This document shows, piece by piece, positions 27,097-35,569 of a stretch of DNA of 64,000 bases. Where the stretch lies: assembly GCA_963836235.1 (NCBI GenBank), contig CAWIIP010000002.1, positions 672,001 through 736,000 of the forward strand, in the 5' to 3' direction. The notes beneath the pieces were generated by a model. It saw only the letters and a program-made list of their open reading frames with translations. It did no database searches and was not told the DNA's origin. The stretch comes from an uncultured Pseudomonadota bacterium (GTDB lineage Bacteria > Oederibacteriota > Muellerivitia > Muellerivitales > Muellerivitaceae). The first letter of the stretch is position 1. Every line of letters starts with the position of its first letter. Position numbers and translations under genes: made by a program.

Positions 27097-29429
27097 GGCA
27101 AAACTCTCATCTGAAATGATGAAGCTTTTATCAAACAGAATAAGACCACACCCAAATACAAAATACAAGAAAGAATGGAAACCCATTTACCAATCTCAAA
27201 TGCGGTTGGCCGATACTCCAGGATAAAATGATGCGCCCCTGCGCTAAGTGGAATGGCCCGTAAGAAGTAGTCCCCGGGAATGACGCGATAATCAGACTGG
27301 CCGCTTCCCGGAAGACCCACGGCCTTCCATCCGGAGCTATAATTGTCCGTGACCAATAATAAGGTCGGACCATTGGTTCGGACTCGCACTTCAATTTCAT
27401 CCGTAGAAAGATCTTTCCACTCCACCTTTCCTACCGCCCCCCCGTCCTGAACAGAAATAGGTTCCGGAGCAGTCTCTAAAAAAACTTTCCGGGTCGGATC
27501 AAAGGTAGGAATGAACATGGCATTCAATATTTTTTGCCCATCCGGAATTACTTCCCAATGATTCACAAGTTGCATACGTGGCAACGCCTTGAAGTTAAAC
27601 GGATAAATTCGAATAGGATTTTCATTCATTAATAACCGGTATTTGAGCCGCGTAATTCCCAATATGGGTGGAAATTTTTGAAAAATCGGCAAAATGGAAA
27701 ATAATTGATTTTCTGATAAACCTTGGCTTTTACAAACAAATCGACCATAACGTCCCAAAACCATCGGCTCATCTTCCCAAATATCGTCACCATCCGTAAC
27801 TAAAGAAGCGCTACCAGTTCCATATACTCGGTAATCCCCTGGATTTTTTGAATAAAAATCGCGAAGTACGCCGAACTGATATTGAAGCTTAGACAATTCA
27901 AACGTAGGTCGGTTGAGTCGAGCAAAGAAAAACAGTTCGATGATGGCCAAGGCTGCGATTGCGTAAATGCATTTCGGAATTAGTTTTTGAATTGTCAACA
28001 AAATTGCCAATAAAGTACAAGTTAATCCACCTACAAGCAGACTAAAAGCTGCGTGGAGGCCAGATTCTTCGGCATACTGGACTTTTACAGAAAAATTTAA
28101 TGAGTGAAGTGTATTCTTTAACCAGTGAACATTACAAAACCATTTTCCCCAATCACCACTTAAGCCCCCTTTAACCGAATTTAGGATTAAAAATTCCATT
28201 ACTAGAACAATAAATCCGAACACAATAACGATGAAGACTAGCCACCTTAATTTGCTTTTCGCCTTAATCAAATGATCTAAACCAATTCCAGCCAATAGCG
28301 CCAGGAACAAACTAACCAAAAAATCGAATTTACAGATACCGCGTAACCCTTTAAACCCCGGAAAAAAGTCATAAAAATACTTAAAAAGTGGGGTAAAAGC
28401 TCCTAAAGAAAAAATAAAGGCAATAACCGTTATCATCAAAATCCATCGTCTTTTTTGAGAATTGGACGAGAAGACCGCTAAAAGGACCAAGAAAAAAGCT
28501 GTTGTTCCAATGAATAAAGAAACTTCCCATAAAAACCAGCGGCCCCAATAATGCACCGCTACTAGGTTTCCAAAAAACTCAGGAAAAACAAGAGTCAACA
28601 AATTTTCAGGAGGAAAAGAAAAAGAACTCGCCGTATTGTATTCAAAAGAAATATTCCGAGCGCATTCCGAAATCGCTTCAAGTCCGGTCCACAATTGTGC
28701 TGCAGTTATTAAGGAAGCTCCGACATACAGGATGGAGAAACTTATTAAAATTTGAAGCTTGGCTTTTTTCCCTTTTAAATTTAAAAGAACATAAATGAGC
28801 GAAATGATCGCAGTAAAATACACATACTGGGGATGTCCCGCTAAGATTTGCATCGAAATTGTAAAAATACCAAGGAGAATCCAATTTATGGAATTTTTTT
28901 TTATTAACCCATCAATGGACAAAAATAGAAGTGGCGCCCACACCATCGTGCACAAATTTGGCAAATGGCCAGCATACAAGTGTAGGAAGTAAGCCCCACC
29001 AAACATAAAAACGGTGCCCGCCACAAAACTGGAAAGGAAATGAAGGCCCCGATAATTGGCCCATAAGTAGGTAAAGAATCCAGCTAAAAAAACATGAAGA
29101 ATAATTCCTAAATTAATGGCAAACGCCAAGGGAAAAGCAAGATAAAGCCAATTTGGCGGGTATAAAAGAGCCGACTCGAAATTACCCAAAAATGGGGTGC
29201 CACAAAGATAGTGAGGATTCCACAAAGCAAGATGGCCATTATGAAGTTGATCAAAAGCGAATTGGCGCCAAGCCACAAAATGGAGGAATAGATCGGCTTG
29301 CGAGCTTGATAATACTAAATGACTTCCGCTCCTTAGAAGATCACCAAAAAGGAGCAAATTTAAAAGGCAAAAACCGCTTGCTCCCAAAAGAAAGCTAGAA
29401 CGATAAAAGACTACTTTTGTTAAACCCAT
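27093..29429 (-). CDS. YfhO-like polytopic membrane protein (GT-C glycosyltransferase-like)
   Basis: LWNPHYLCGTPF, YPPN, AGHPQ, many TM segments, C-terminal DNYSSGW...LRAIPLSAGAH...EYRP. Confidence 0.8.
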   Translation of the reverse strand: MGLTKVVFYRSSFLLGASGFCLLNLLLFGDLLRSGSHLVLSSSQADLFLHFVAWRQFAFDQLHNGHLALWNPHYLCGTPFLGNFESALLYPPNWLYLAFPLAFAINLGIILHVFLAGFFTYLWANYRGLHFLSSFVAGTVFMFGGAYFLHLYAGHLPNLCTMVWAPLLFLSIDGLIKKNSINWILLGIFTISMQILAGHPQYVYFTAIISLIYVLLNLKGKKAKLQILISFSILYVGASLITAAQLWTGLEAISECARNISFEYNTASSFSFPPENLLTLVFPEFFGNLVAVHYWGRWFLWEVSLFIGTTAFFLVLLAVFSSNSQKRRWILMITVIAFIFSLGAFTPLFKYFYDFFPGFKGLRGICKFDFLVSLFLALLAGIGLDHLIKAKSKLRWLVFIVIVFGFIVLVMEFLILNSVKGGLSGDWGKWFCNVHWLKNTLHSLNFSVKVQYAEESGLHAAFSLLVGGLTCTLLAILLTIQKLIPKCIYAIAALAIIELFFFARLNRPTFELSKLQYQFGVLRDFYSKNPGDYRVYGTGSASLVTDGDDIWEDEPMVLGRYGRFVCKSQGLSENQLFSILPIFQKFPPILGITRLKYRLLMNENPIRIYPFNFKALPRMQLVNHWEVIPDGQKILNAMFIPTFDPTRKVFLETAPEPISVQDGGAVGKVEWKDLSTDEIEVRVRTNGPTLLLVTDNYSSGWKAVGLPGSGQSDYRVIPGDYFLRAIPLSAGAHHFILEYRPTAFEIGKWVSILSCILYLGVVLFCLIKASSFQMRVLP

Positions 29430-29569
29430 AAAGTCATGGAATCAAATGATAAGCAAGGCGTCAACTCATTTTTGTTAAAAGGAACTTTTTTCTGAACTCA
29501 TAACCAAATAAATTGTTTGGAATTGATTTTTTACAATAAGATTAAAGATAGTCCCGAGGGGGTTCTAAA

Positions 29570-30466
29570 TTGCTTCAAAAAGATTACATCATTTTGACCG
29601 GCCTGAAAGTACGTTGTATTATTGGCATATTTGATTGGGAACGGAAACAAAAACAAGATGTTCTGATCGATCTCAAATTTCCTTGTAATATCCACAAAGC
29701 AGCTTTGCAGGACCATATAACTCATACTTTTAATTACAAAAAAATTGCCAAAAGTATTGTTTCGTTTGTTGAAAAAAGCCAATACCATTTGATTGAAACA
29801 TTAGCGGACAAATTGGCAGATTCATTGTTAAAAGATTTCAAGCTTTCTGAGATTCATTTGTCTGTTTCAAAGCCAGGAGCTGTCCGAGGTTCTCAAAATG
29901 TCGGTGTTAAAATCTATCGTAAATGGTCCGATACTAAATCACCGAAACTGACATATTTAAGTTTAGGTTCAAATATCTATCCGAGGGAAAATCTTCACCT
30001 TGCGTTGAGCGAAATCAGTAAAAAATATTCCGTTCTTGGGCAGTCCCACGTGTATGAAACTTCGCCTGTCGGCTATATTCGGCAAAAACCTTTTTGGAAT
30101 TTAGTTGTGGCACTTGAGACTCGAGAGTCACCTGGCAAAATTCGAGATTGGGCTGAAATTCTAGAAAGAAGGGCGGGCCGGGTTCCAATTCATAATACTC
30201 TTGGGCCGCGATCCATGGATATTGATCTTATACTTTGGGGAAACTTTGTCAAAAAATATAACGAATTCACCTTGCCCCATCCCAACATTGAAACAAAAGC
30301 TTTTGTTCTTTTCCCTCTATTGGAAATCAATCCCAATTTAGTACATCCTCTTCTTAGAAAACCACTTATTGAACTGGCGTCAGAATTTAAAGATTCTTCC
30401 CAAAAAATTCGACAATTAGCTTCGAATACTTTTTTCGATTTTCTACCAAGAAAGCTCAATGAATAA
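29570..30466 (+). CDS. folB-folK: Fused dihydroneopterin aldolase / HPPK (FolB-FolK)
   Basis: IGIFDWER..Q, NY, LIETLA, KP; then YLSLGSN, YETSP, GPRSMDIDL, LPHP. Confidence 0.92.
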   Translation: MLQKDYIILTGLKVRCIIGIFDWERKQKQDVLIDLKFPCNIHKAALQDHITHTFNYKKIAKSIVSFVEKSQYHLIETLADKLADSLLKDFKLSEIHLSVSKPGAVRGSQNVGVKIYRKWSDTKSPKLTYLSLGSNIYPRENLHLALSEISKKYSVLGQSHVYETSPVGYIRQKPFWNLVVALETRESPGKIRDWAEILERRAGRVPIHNTLGPRSMDIDLILWGNFVKKYNEFTLPHPNIETKAFVLFPLLEINPNLVHPLLRKPLIELASEFKDSSQKIRQLASNTFFDFLPRKLNE

Positions 30467-31211
30467 ACCGTCCTCCATCTACTTTTATAATTTGCCCAGT
30501 AATAAAATTATTTTTAGCTAAAAACAAAACCGCACCCGCTATTTCCTCCGCTGTACCCTGTCGTCGTAGAGCAGATTTACGAATTAGCTTTTTTTTCTTT
30601 TTATTTCTATACCCTTCGGGAAAAGATATAGCTCCGGGCGAGACAGCGTTCACTCTTACTTTTGGAGCAAATTCCACTGCCAAATACTTCGTAAGAAATA
30701 TCAAGGCGGCTTTTGAAAGAGAATAGGCTGGATAATTCTTAAGAATTGGTAATTCGCCATAAATATCTGTGATATTAATAATATTTCCTTTGGATTTCTG
30801 AAGCCACGGAAATGCCGCTATTGCCAGTGCACAAGGAGAGAAAGTATTAACTTGAAAAATCTCTAACCATTTTTCCCAGTCTTTAACTGCCAATGGGCTT
30901 GATTGGAATAGTGAAGCGTTATTGATTAAGAGGTCTAATCTTCCAAATTTGAAAATAACTTGCCCGATAACCGACCTTAATTTAGAAGGTGTTCTCAAAT
31001 CAGCACTTAAGACAAGTGTTTCTATTCCAAAATAGTTCAATTTTTCTTGAAGCTTCAGAGTGTTTTTTTTTGATCTTCCAAAGTGAAGGGCAAGGCTTAT
31101 TCCATGTTTGGCCAACTTGAAACAAATGGCGGTGCCAAGAGGACTGGCGGCCCCTGTGACTAGCGCAACGGGTTTTGTGGTAGGAATCTTATCTTTTTTA
31201 TGTGGGATCAT
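30456..31211 (-). CDS. SDR oxidoreductase, FolM/pteridine reductase-like
   Basis: VTGAA, NNAS, IINITD, YSLSK, LAVEFAP.VRVNAVSPG, VDGGR. Confidence 0.8.
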   Translation of the reverse strand: MIPHKKDKIPTTKPVALVTGAASPLGTAICFKLAKHGISLALHFGRSKKNTLKLQEKLNYFGIETLVLSADLRTPSKLRSVIGQVIFKFGRLDLLINNASLFQSSPLAVKDWEKWLEIFQVNTFSPCALAIAAFPWLQKSKGNIINITDIYGELPILKNYPAYSLSKAALIFLTKYLAVEFAPKVRVNAVSPGAISFPEGYRNKKKKKLIRKSALRRQGTAEEIAGAVLFLAKNNFITGQIIKVDGGRFIH

Positions 31212-31247
31212 TAATTACATTCTAACAGGTTCACCAACCATCGTCGC

Positions 31248-32051
31248 TTAGGATTCGGAATCTTTTTGCTTTGTTAAAAAACGTATCGCGCTTGGAAGAA
31301 ATTTCCAATACCATTTGGTTAATGTAACTATTTTTGATCCCGAATATCTTTCCAAATATAATTTTTGGGCTGAGTCCCAGATAATCGATCCCGGGCCATT
31401 TTCTTTCAAAAGCTGAAGGAATTCTTGAACCAGTCCTGAAGGACGGATTTCTAAAAAGTCATTCAGCGCCTCTTCTTGTAACTCATCATGCGAAACCAAT
31501 AGATCCAAAATAATTAAAAGATTTCGGGCTGATTCATAAATTTTAAGCGAATTCAAAAATCGACCGGTGCCTAATTGTAAACCTTTATCTAGAATAAACC
31601 GACCCACCTGAGGTAGAAGTACTTCATAATGGACACCTAGATAAGAAACATCAACAAAATGCGGATTTTCTAGGAGAATCGAAAACCGTTTATCAGGAAA
31701 AGCTGCCAAACCATGGGTTGAAACTTTTTGGTTAACACGAACACGCGGACAGAAAAATTGAATAATTCCTAAATCCTCTCGAGAATAGCACGGGTACATA
31801 GCTTGACTTAAATTTGTTCTTTTGGTTAACCGATAAAAACCTTGTTTCAAAAGATGATCATGTAGTTTTTGTTTTGAACGTCCGCCAGTTTCTACCCCAA
31901 AAACAGCTTCTCCCGACCGATGGGCAGAGACCGGCTTTTCGATGAGAGAAAGATGATAAAGCTCCGCTGCTTTTTCTTCCAAAATAACGAGGGTTGGAAG
32001 AAAATCTTTTAATAATGGAAGCCACGGCGATATTGAAGCAGAAACACGCAA
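31248..32051 (-). CDS. Nucleotidyltransferase-fold protein (GSU2403/AbiEii-like), catalytic motifs apparently lost
   Basis: Resemblance by eye: GLAAFP...ILLENP, LPQVGRFILDKGL, ARNLLIILDLL; no GG.A or DxD motif. Confidence 0.5.
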   Translation of the reverse strand: MRVSASISPWLPLLKDFLPTLVILEEKAAELYHLSLIEKPVSAHRSGEAVFGVETGGRSKQKLHDHLLKQGFYRLTKRTNLSQAMYPCYSREDLGIIQFFCPRVRVNQKVSTHGLAAFPDKRFSILLENPHFVDVSYLGVHYEVLLPQVGRFILDKGLQLGTGRFLNSLKIYESARNLLIILDLLVSHDELQEEALNDFLEIRPSGLVQEFLQLLKENGPGSIIWDSAQKLYLERYSGSKIVTLTKWYWKFLPSAIRFLTKQKDSES

Positions 32052-32106
32052 GCGAACCTAACCTTGCATCAATTTGCAAAGGTTTGTCAAAACCCTCTTT
32101 ATCAAA

Positions 32107-32310
32107 TCAAAAAATCTTGCTTTTGACAAACCTCAATGTCTTTTTTCGGAAATATCCCCGAATCTCAACTATTTTGACCGCTTGACCAGTCCAAAATTCA
32201 ATCTATTTTTCTGGCCAATTCTTCTGTTGAAATTTGGTGCTCGCAAAACCTTCAACAATCGTAACGGTTTTACCCCGATGACTCTTTTTCGAAGATATCA
32301 GTTTTATAAA
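32107..32310 (-). pseudogene. yciH: Decayed translation initiation factor SUI1/YciH gene
   Basis: KKSHRGKTVTIVEGF, frameshifted EELARKI, in-frame TAG, then TGQAVKIVEIRGYFRKK...KIF*. Confidence 0.75.
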
Positions 32311-32322
32311 AAAACCTAAAAT

Positions 32323-32351
32323 AAAAAAAGCCGCCCCATGGAGCGACTTTT
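32323..32351 (-). terminator. Rho-independent terminator after the tRNA pair
   Basis: AAGTCGCTC-CATG-GGGCGGCTT followed by a T run. Confidence 0.7.
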
Positions 32352-32358
32352 ATAACAG

Positions 32359-32435
<77 letters not shown>

Positions 32436-32485
32436 TCTTTTTGGCGCACAAAAGCGCCTCGCTTTTACATGACAATACTGATCAA

Positions 32486-32573
32486 TGGTGCCGAGACCCG
32501 GAATCGAACCGGGACGAGCTTTAGGCCCGAGGGATTTTAAGTCCCTTGCGTCTGCCAGTTCCGCCATCTCGGC
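32486..32573 (-). tRNA. tRNA-Leu (TAA)
   Basis: GCCGAGATGGCGGAA...CTTAAAA, long variable arm, 88 nt, CCA. Confidence 0.96.
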
Positions 32574-32672
32574 AAAAAACTACCCGATCACTAGTTCCTA
32601 ACCGAAATAAAATTAAAATTCGATTCTTTTAAAAAAACCGACGCCGATTTTAAGGTGCGATAAAGGACGGTT

Positions 32673-32701
32673 AGAATAACGGCCAGTAGAAGTGAAGTCA
32701 A
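32673..32701 (-). promoter_or_regulatory. Putative sigma70 promoter for tRNA-Leu/fMet
   Basis: TTGACT-N17-TATTCT. Confidence 0.6.
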
Positions 32702-32718
32702 CAACGATTCCGAGCTAA

Positions 32719-33003
32719 TTATTTACCATCATTTTTTGAAAACTTGTAAACCAATTCTCCCGGCTTCACAAGATTCAATTCTTCCCGGGCTTGTTTTTCA
32801 AAAATCGAAGCACTTTTAGAAAAAAATTGATACTCCAATTGGTAGTGCCTAATTTGGTTGTTCAATATAAAAACTTGTTCAGACAAACTCTTTTTTTCTT
32901 GCTGGAGTTTATATAAATTCCACAAACCACGATTTCCGCTGAAGAGAAGATATCCAGTCGCAAAAAAGATAAGCCCATTTGCCCATTTTTTTGTTGCCGT
33001 CAT
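32719..33003 (-). CDS. ftsB: Septum formation initiator FtsB/DivIC
   Basis: TM, coiled coil, EKQAREELNLVKPGE. Confidence 0.88.
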   Translation of the reverse strand: MTATKKWANGLIFFATGYLLFSGNRGLWNLYKLQQEKKSLSEQVFILNNQIRHYQLEYQFFSKSASIFEKQAREELNLVKPGELVYKFSKNDGK

Positions 33004-33836
33004 TTATTCTCCCAGGGCTTGAATAATTCATGCCAGCCCCTTTGTTGTTCACATTTCAGGATATCCAAAAGAAGCTCTAACGGCTTATTTTCGTAAGTTA
33101 TTTTATATCTTAATAGATATTTTTCAAGGACAACACACTGAATCGAAAACAAAAAAACAGCTCCAAAAAAGAACCAAAACGGCCAAATAATGCAAAATAA
33201 TAATATAAAAGAAAAACAAATAAATAATATCAAAATGGAAGTAACCCAATTCCCAAAAACCAGGAGAAAGGATTTATAAAAAATTTTTAAAAAAGGAGGA
33301 TTTTGAAAAAATAATATTGGCCACTGATACATTGACGCCAGAAGCCAGAAAATTAAAATCCAAAAAATGGCTCCCGCTAATAAATAATCAATAAACCGAT
33401 GGGAACTATTAAAATAAAAACAGACCCGAATGTTAAAAACAGCAAGAGCGATAACAAAACCCGAGACTATCGCAACTCCCGTTGCTTTAAGTACATACTT
33501 CTTGATCCCGAACAAAACATCTTTTAAACTACCTTGGCCCTCAATAAAAACTTTAAATATAAGGTGGGCCCAGCCAAGCGAAACTATAGTTTCAGCAATG
33601 AAAATCAAAAAATAATTGAAAGGGTAGATTTTCCTTGAAATAGGAATAAAATTGAACTGCACAAAAAACCAACCCACCCCAAAACAAGAAAATGCCCAAC
33701 AAAAATTGTAAAAAACGAGATAAAAAAGATGGTCAAAATAACGCCAAAACCAGGATTTAAAAATTTCTATGGGGCGCAAATGAACCGAGAGTTCATGCGA
33801 TGGATAAACCGGTGGTACTTTTAATCGAAACCTCAA
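33000..33836 (-). CDS. Hypothetical integral membrane protein (DUF624-like)
   Basis: About 5-6 hydrophobic segments, in operon with ftsB. Confidence 0.6.
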   Translation of the reverse strand: MRFRLKVPPVYPSHELSVHLRPIEIFKSWFWRYFDHLFYLVFYNFCWAFSCFGVGWFFVQFNFIPISRKIYPFNYFLIFIAETIVSLGWAHLIFKVFIEGQGSLKDVLFGIKKYVLKATGVAIVSGFVIALAVFNIRVCFYFNSSHRFIDYLLAGAIFWILIFWLLASMYQWPILFFQNPPFLKIFYKSFLLVFGNWVTSILILFICFSFILLFCIIWPFWFFFGAVFLFSIQCVVLEKYLLRYKITYENKPLELLLDILKCEQQRGWHELFKPWENK

Positions 33837-33840
33837 GAGA

Positions 33841-34200
33841 TCAGGTCAACTCTTTTTCAAACTTTGGAATAGCCTTTTTTAGTTCCAAGCGGCCTCTTCC
33901 TAGATTTCCATCAAGATTAATGGCAAGCGTCACAAAATAACTTTGACCAACCATCATCATGATCATCGTAGCTTTATCGGTAGTTATCAAAATTTCAGCC
34001 GTATTTCCTAGTCCAAAATTAGAGGAAGCTCGCATTGCATTTTTGATAATACTGGAATATTCGGCACCAACTGCGTTGATATCGAAGGTTGAATTATGAG
34101 AAATCTGATCAATAACGATTCCATCCATTCCAACCAATCCTGCTCCTAGCGCCCCTTCAACATTTGAAAGGGTTTCTTCTAATATTTTTTTGAAATCCAT
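33841..34200 (-). CDS. Roadblock/LC7 protein, MglC-like
   Basis: VEGALG..LVGMDGI, EY, YF..LA...DGNLGRGR..L....PK...EL; matches the recalled Myxococcus MglC pattern and position near pil genes. Confidence 0.8.
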   Translation of the reverse strand: MDFKKILEETLSNVEGALGAGLVGMDGIVIDQISHNSTFDINAVGAEYSSIIKNAMRASSNFGLGNTAEILITTDKATMIMMMVGQSYFVTLAINLDGNLGRGRLELKKAIPKFEKELT

Positions 34201-34272
34201 TAGGTAATCCTGCCTGAAATTCTATTAAAGTCCATTAAGGCAGATCAATATAGTTTTTTTTAAATTGGAAAA

Positions 34273-35565
34273 CTATAATATTCTATCAAGTTTTTTGATA
34301 GAAGAATCCAGGGCAAGCCTTAATAACCCTAAATTAATCTTGCTATTAGCCAAAACAATCAGAATATATTTAGCAAACGCAACCAGCAATATATGCCCAG
34401 AATTGGCCGTAATTAAAACCTGATTCAATTTCCCTTGATTAAGTTGCTCAACAGATTTATGGGTACTGTTAAAAATAATAGCGGCTTGTTTTCCTAACTC
34501 AGTATTATCGTTGCTATCTCCGAGAGAAACAATGTTAATTCCATTACCTTCCGTTATAAAGCATCGCATTATTCCATCCATAGACTCAAGCTCAGCTAAT
34601 ATCACTTTTAGGCCACTCGTTTGTTCCGAAGACAAATAAACATCTGCCTTTGTTTCGTTGCCTCTTATTTTAGCATTCAGAACTGATTCATTTTTTTTAA
34701 ACCCGAGCTGATTCTTTTTCCCCTCTAGTACAGCATCATCTCTTTCCCCATGCCGCATTACCTGTAAAATGTCATCTCTCGTAAATTTAGAATCATCTTC
34801 TTTTTTCCCCTTTCCAGGATTTTTCAAATCAACACGAGTTTCTTCTAGGAGATCACCTTTATGATCCGGAGGTTGAATAAATTCATTCTTCTTTAATTTT
34901 ACCGTAGCAGTATTAACTGCAGAATCCTTTTGTTGGCGATCAACAACTTCCGTTAATTTTTGACGCAATAATAGATTTTGAGGATCGTTGGCTAAAAGTT
35001 CCTGAAATACTTCGATGGCCTTATCAAAATGACCCTGTTTCAAATAAAGTTCAGCAATGGTTAATGAGGCCGTACTTTCTTTTGACGGATTCCGTTTTTC
35101 AGCAGCCAACAACTCTTTTTTAGGTTCTCTACTGGGTTTTTGCTCTTCCGCAGCTTTTTCAATAGCTTGTTTTAGGGCCTCTTGCGTCTCTTCATCGTCT
35201 GGATTCAAAGTCAGTATCTTTTGATACTCTTCTATTGCAGATTGACAGTCGCCTTGTCCAACAAAAATTGACCCGAGAAGTGAATGAGCCATTAAGTTTT
35301 CCGGATCCGTTTCCAAAACCTTTTTGAATTCACTCGCCGCCTGTTCGATTTTTTTCTGTTCTTGATAGATTCGACCTAGAACAACTCTAGCACTGGTATA
35401 GTTTGGATGTTTTTCTAAGCCTTTCTTGCAAATCTTAACGGCCTCTTCCAATCCACCTTGCTTTCGATAAGCATCTGCAAGGGGAGCAAAAACAAGCGAG
35501 TCAGGATTTTCTTCCAACTTTTTTTTCAACTCAGTTATTTCAGACGTAATGGGATCCTTCGTCAT
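34273..35565 (-). CDS. TPR protein with C-terminal roadblock/LC7 domain
   Basis: FAPLADAYRKQG TPRs, TIAELYLKQG, C-terminal GKLNQVLITANSG...NLGLLRL. Confidence 0.8.
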   Translation of the reverse strand: MTKDPITSEITELKKKLEENPDSLVFAPLADAYRKQGGLEEAVKICKKGLEKHPNYTSARVVLGRIYQEQKKIEQAASEFKKVLETDPENLMAHSLLGSIFVGQGDCQSAIEEYQKILTLNPDDEETQEALKQAIEKAAEEQKPSREPKKELLAAEKRNPSKESTASLTIAELYLKQGHFDKAIEVFQELLANDPQNLLLRQKLTEVVDRQQKDSAVNTATVKLKKNEFIQPPDHKGDLLEETRVDLKNPGKGKKEDDSKFTRDDILQVMRHGERDDAVLEGKKNQLGFKKNESVLNAKIRGNETKADVYLSSEQTSGLKVILAELESMDGIMRCFITEGNGINIVSLGDSNDNTELGKQAAIIFNSTHKSVEQLNQGKLNQVLITANSGHILLVAFAKYILIVLANSKINLGLLRLALDSSIKKLDRIL

Positions 35566-35569
35566 AAGC

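Noticed and set aside
31858-32319. Short ORFs 31858-32079, 31994-32185 and 32074-32319
   Set aside because: No RBS or motifs; the region is better explained by the NTase-like gene and the yciH remnant
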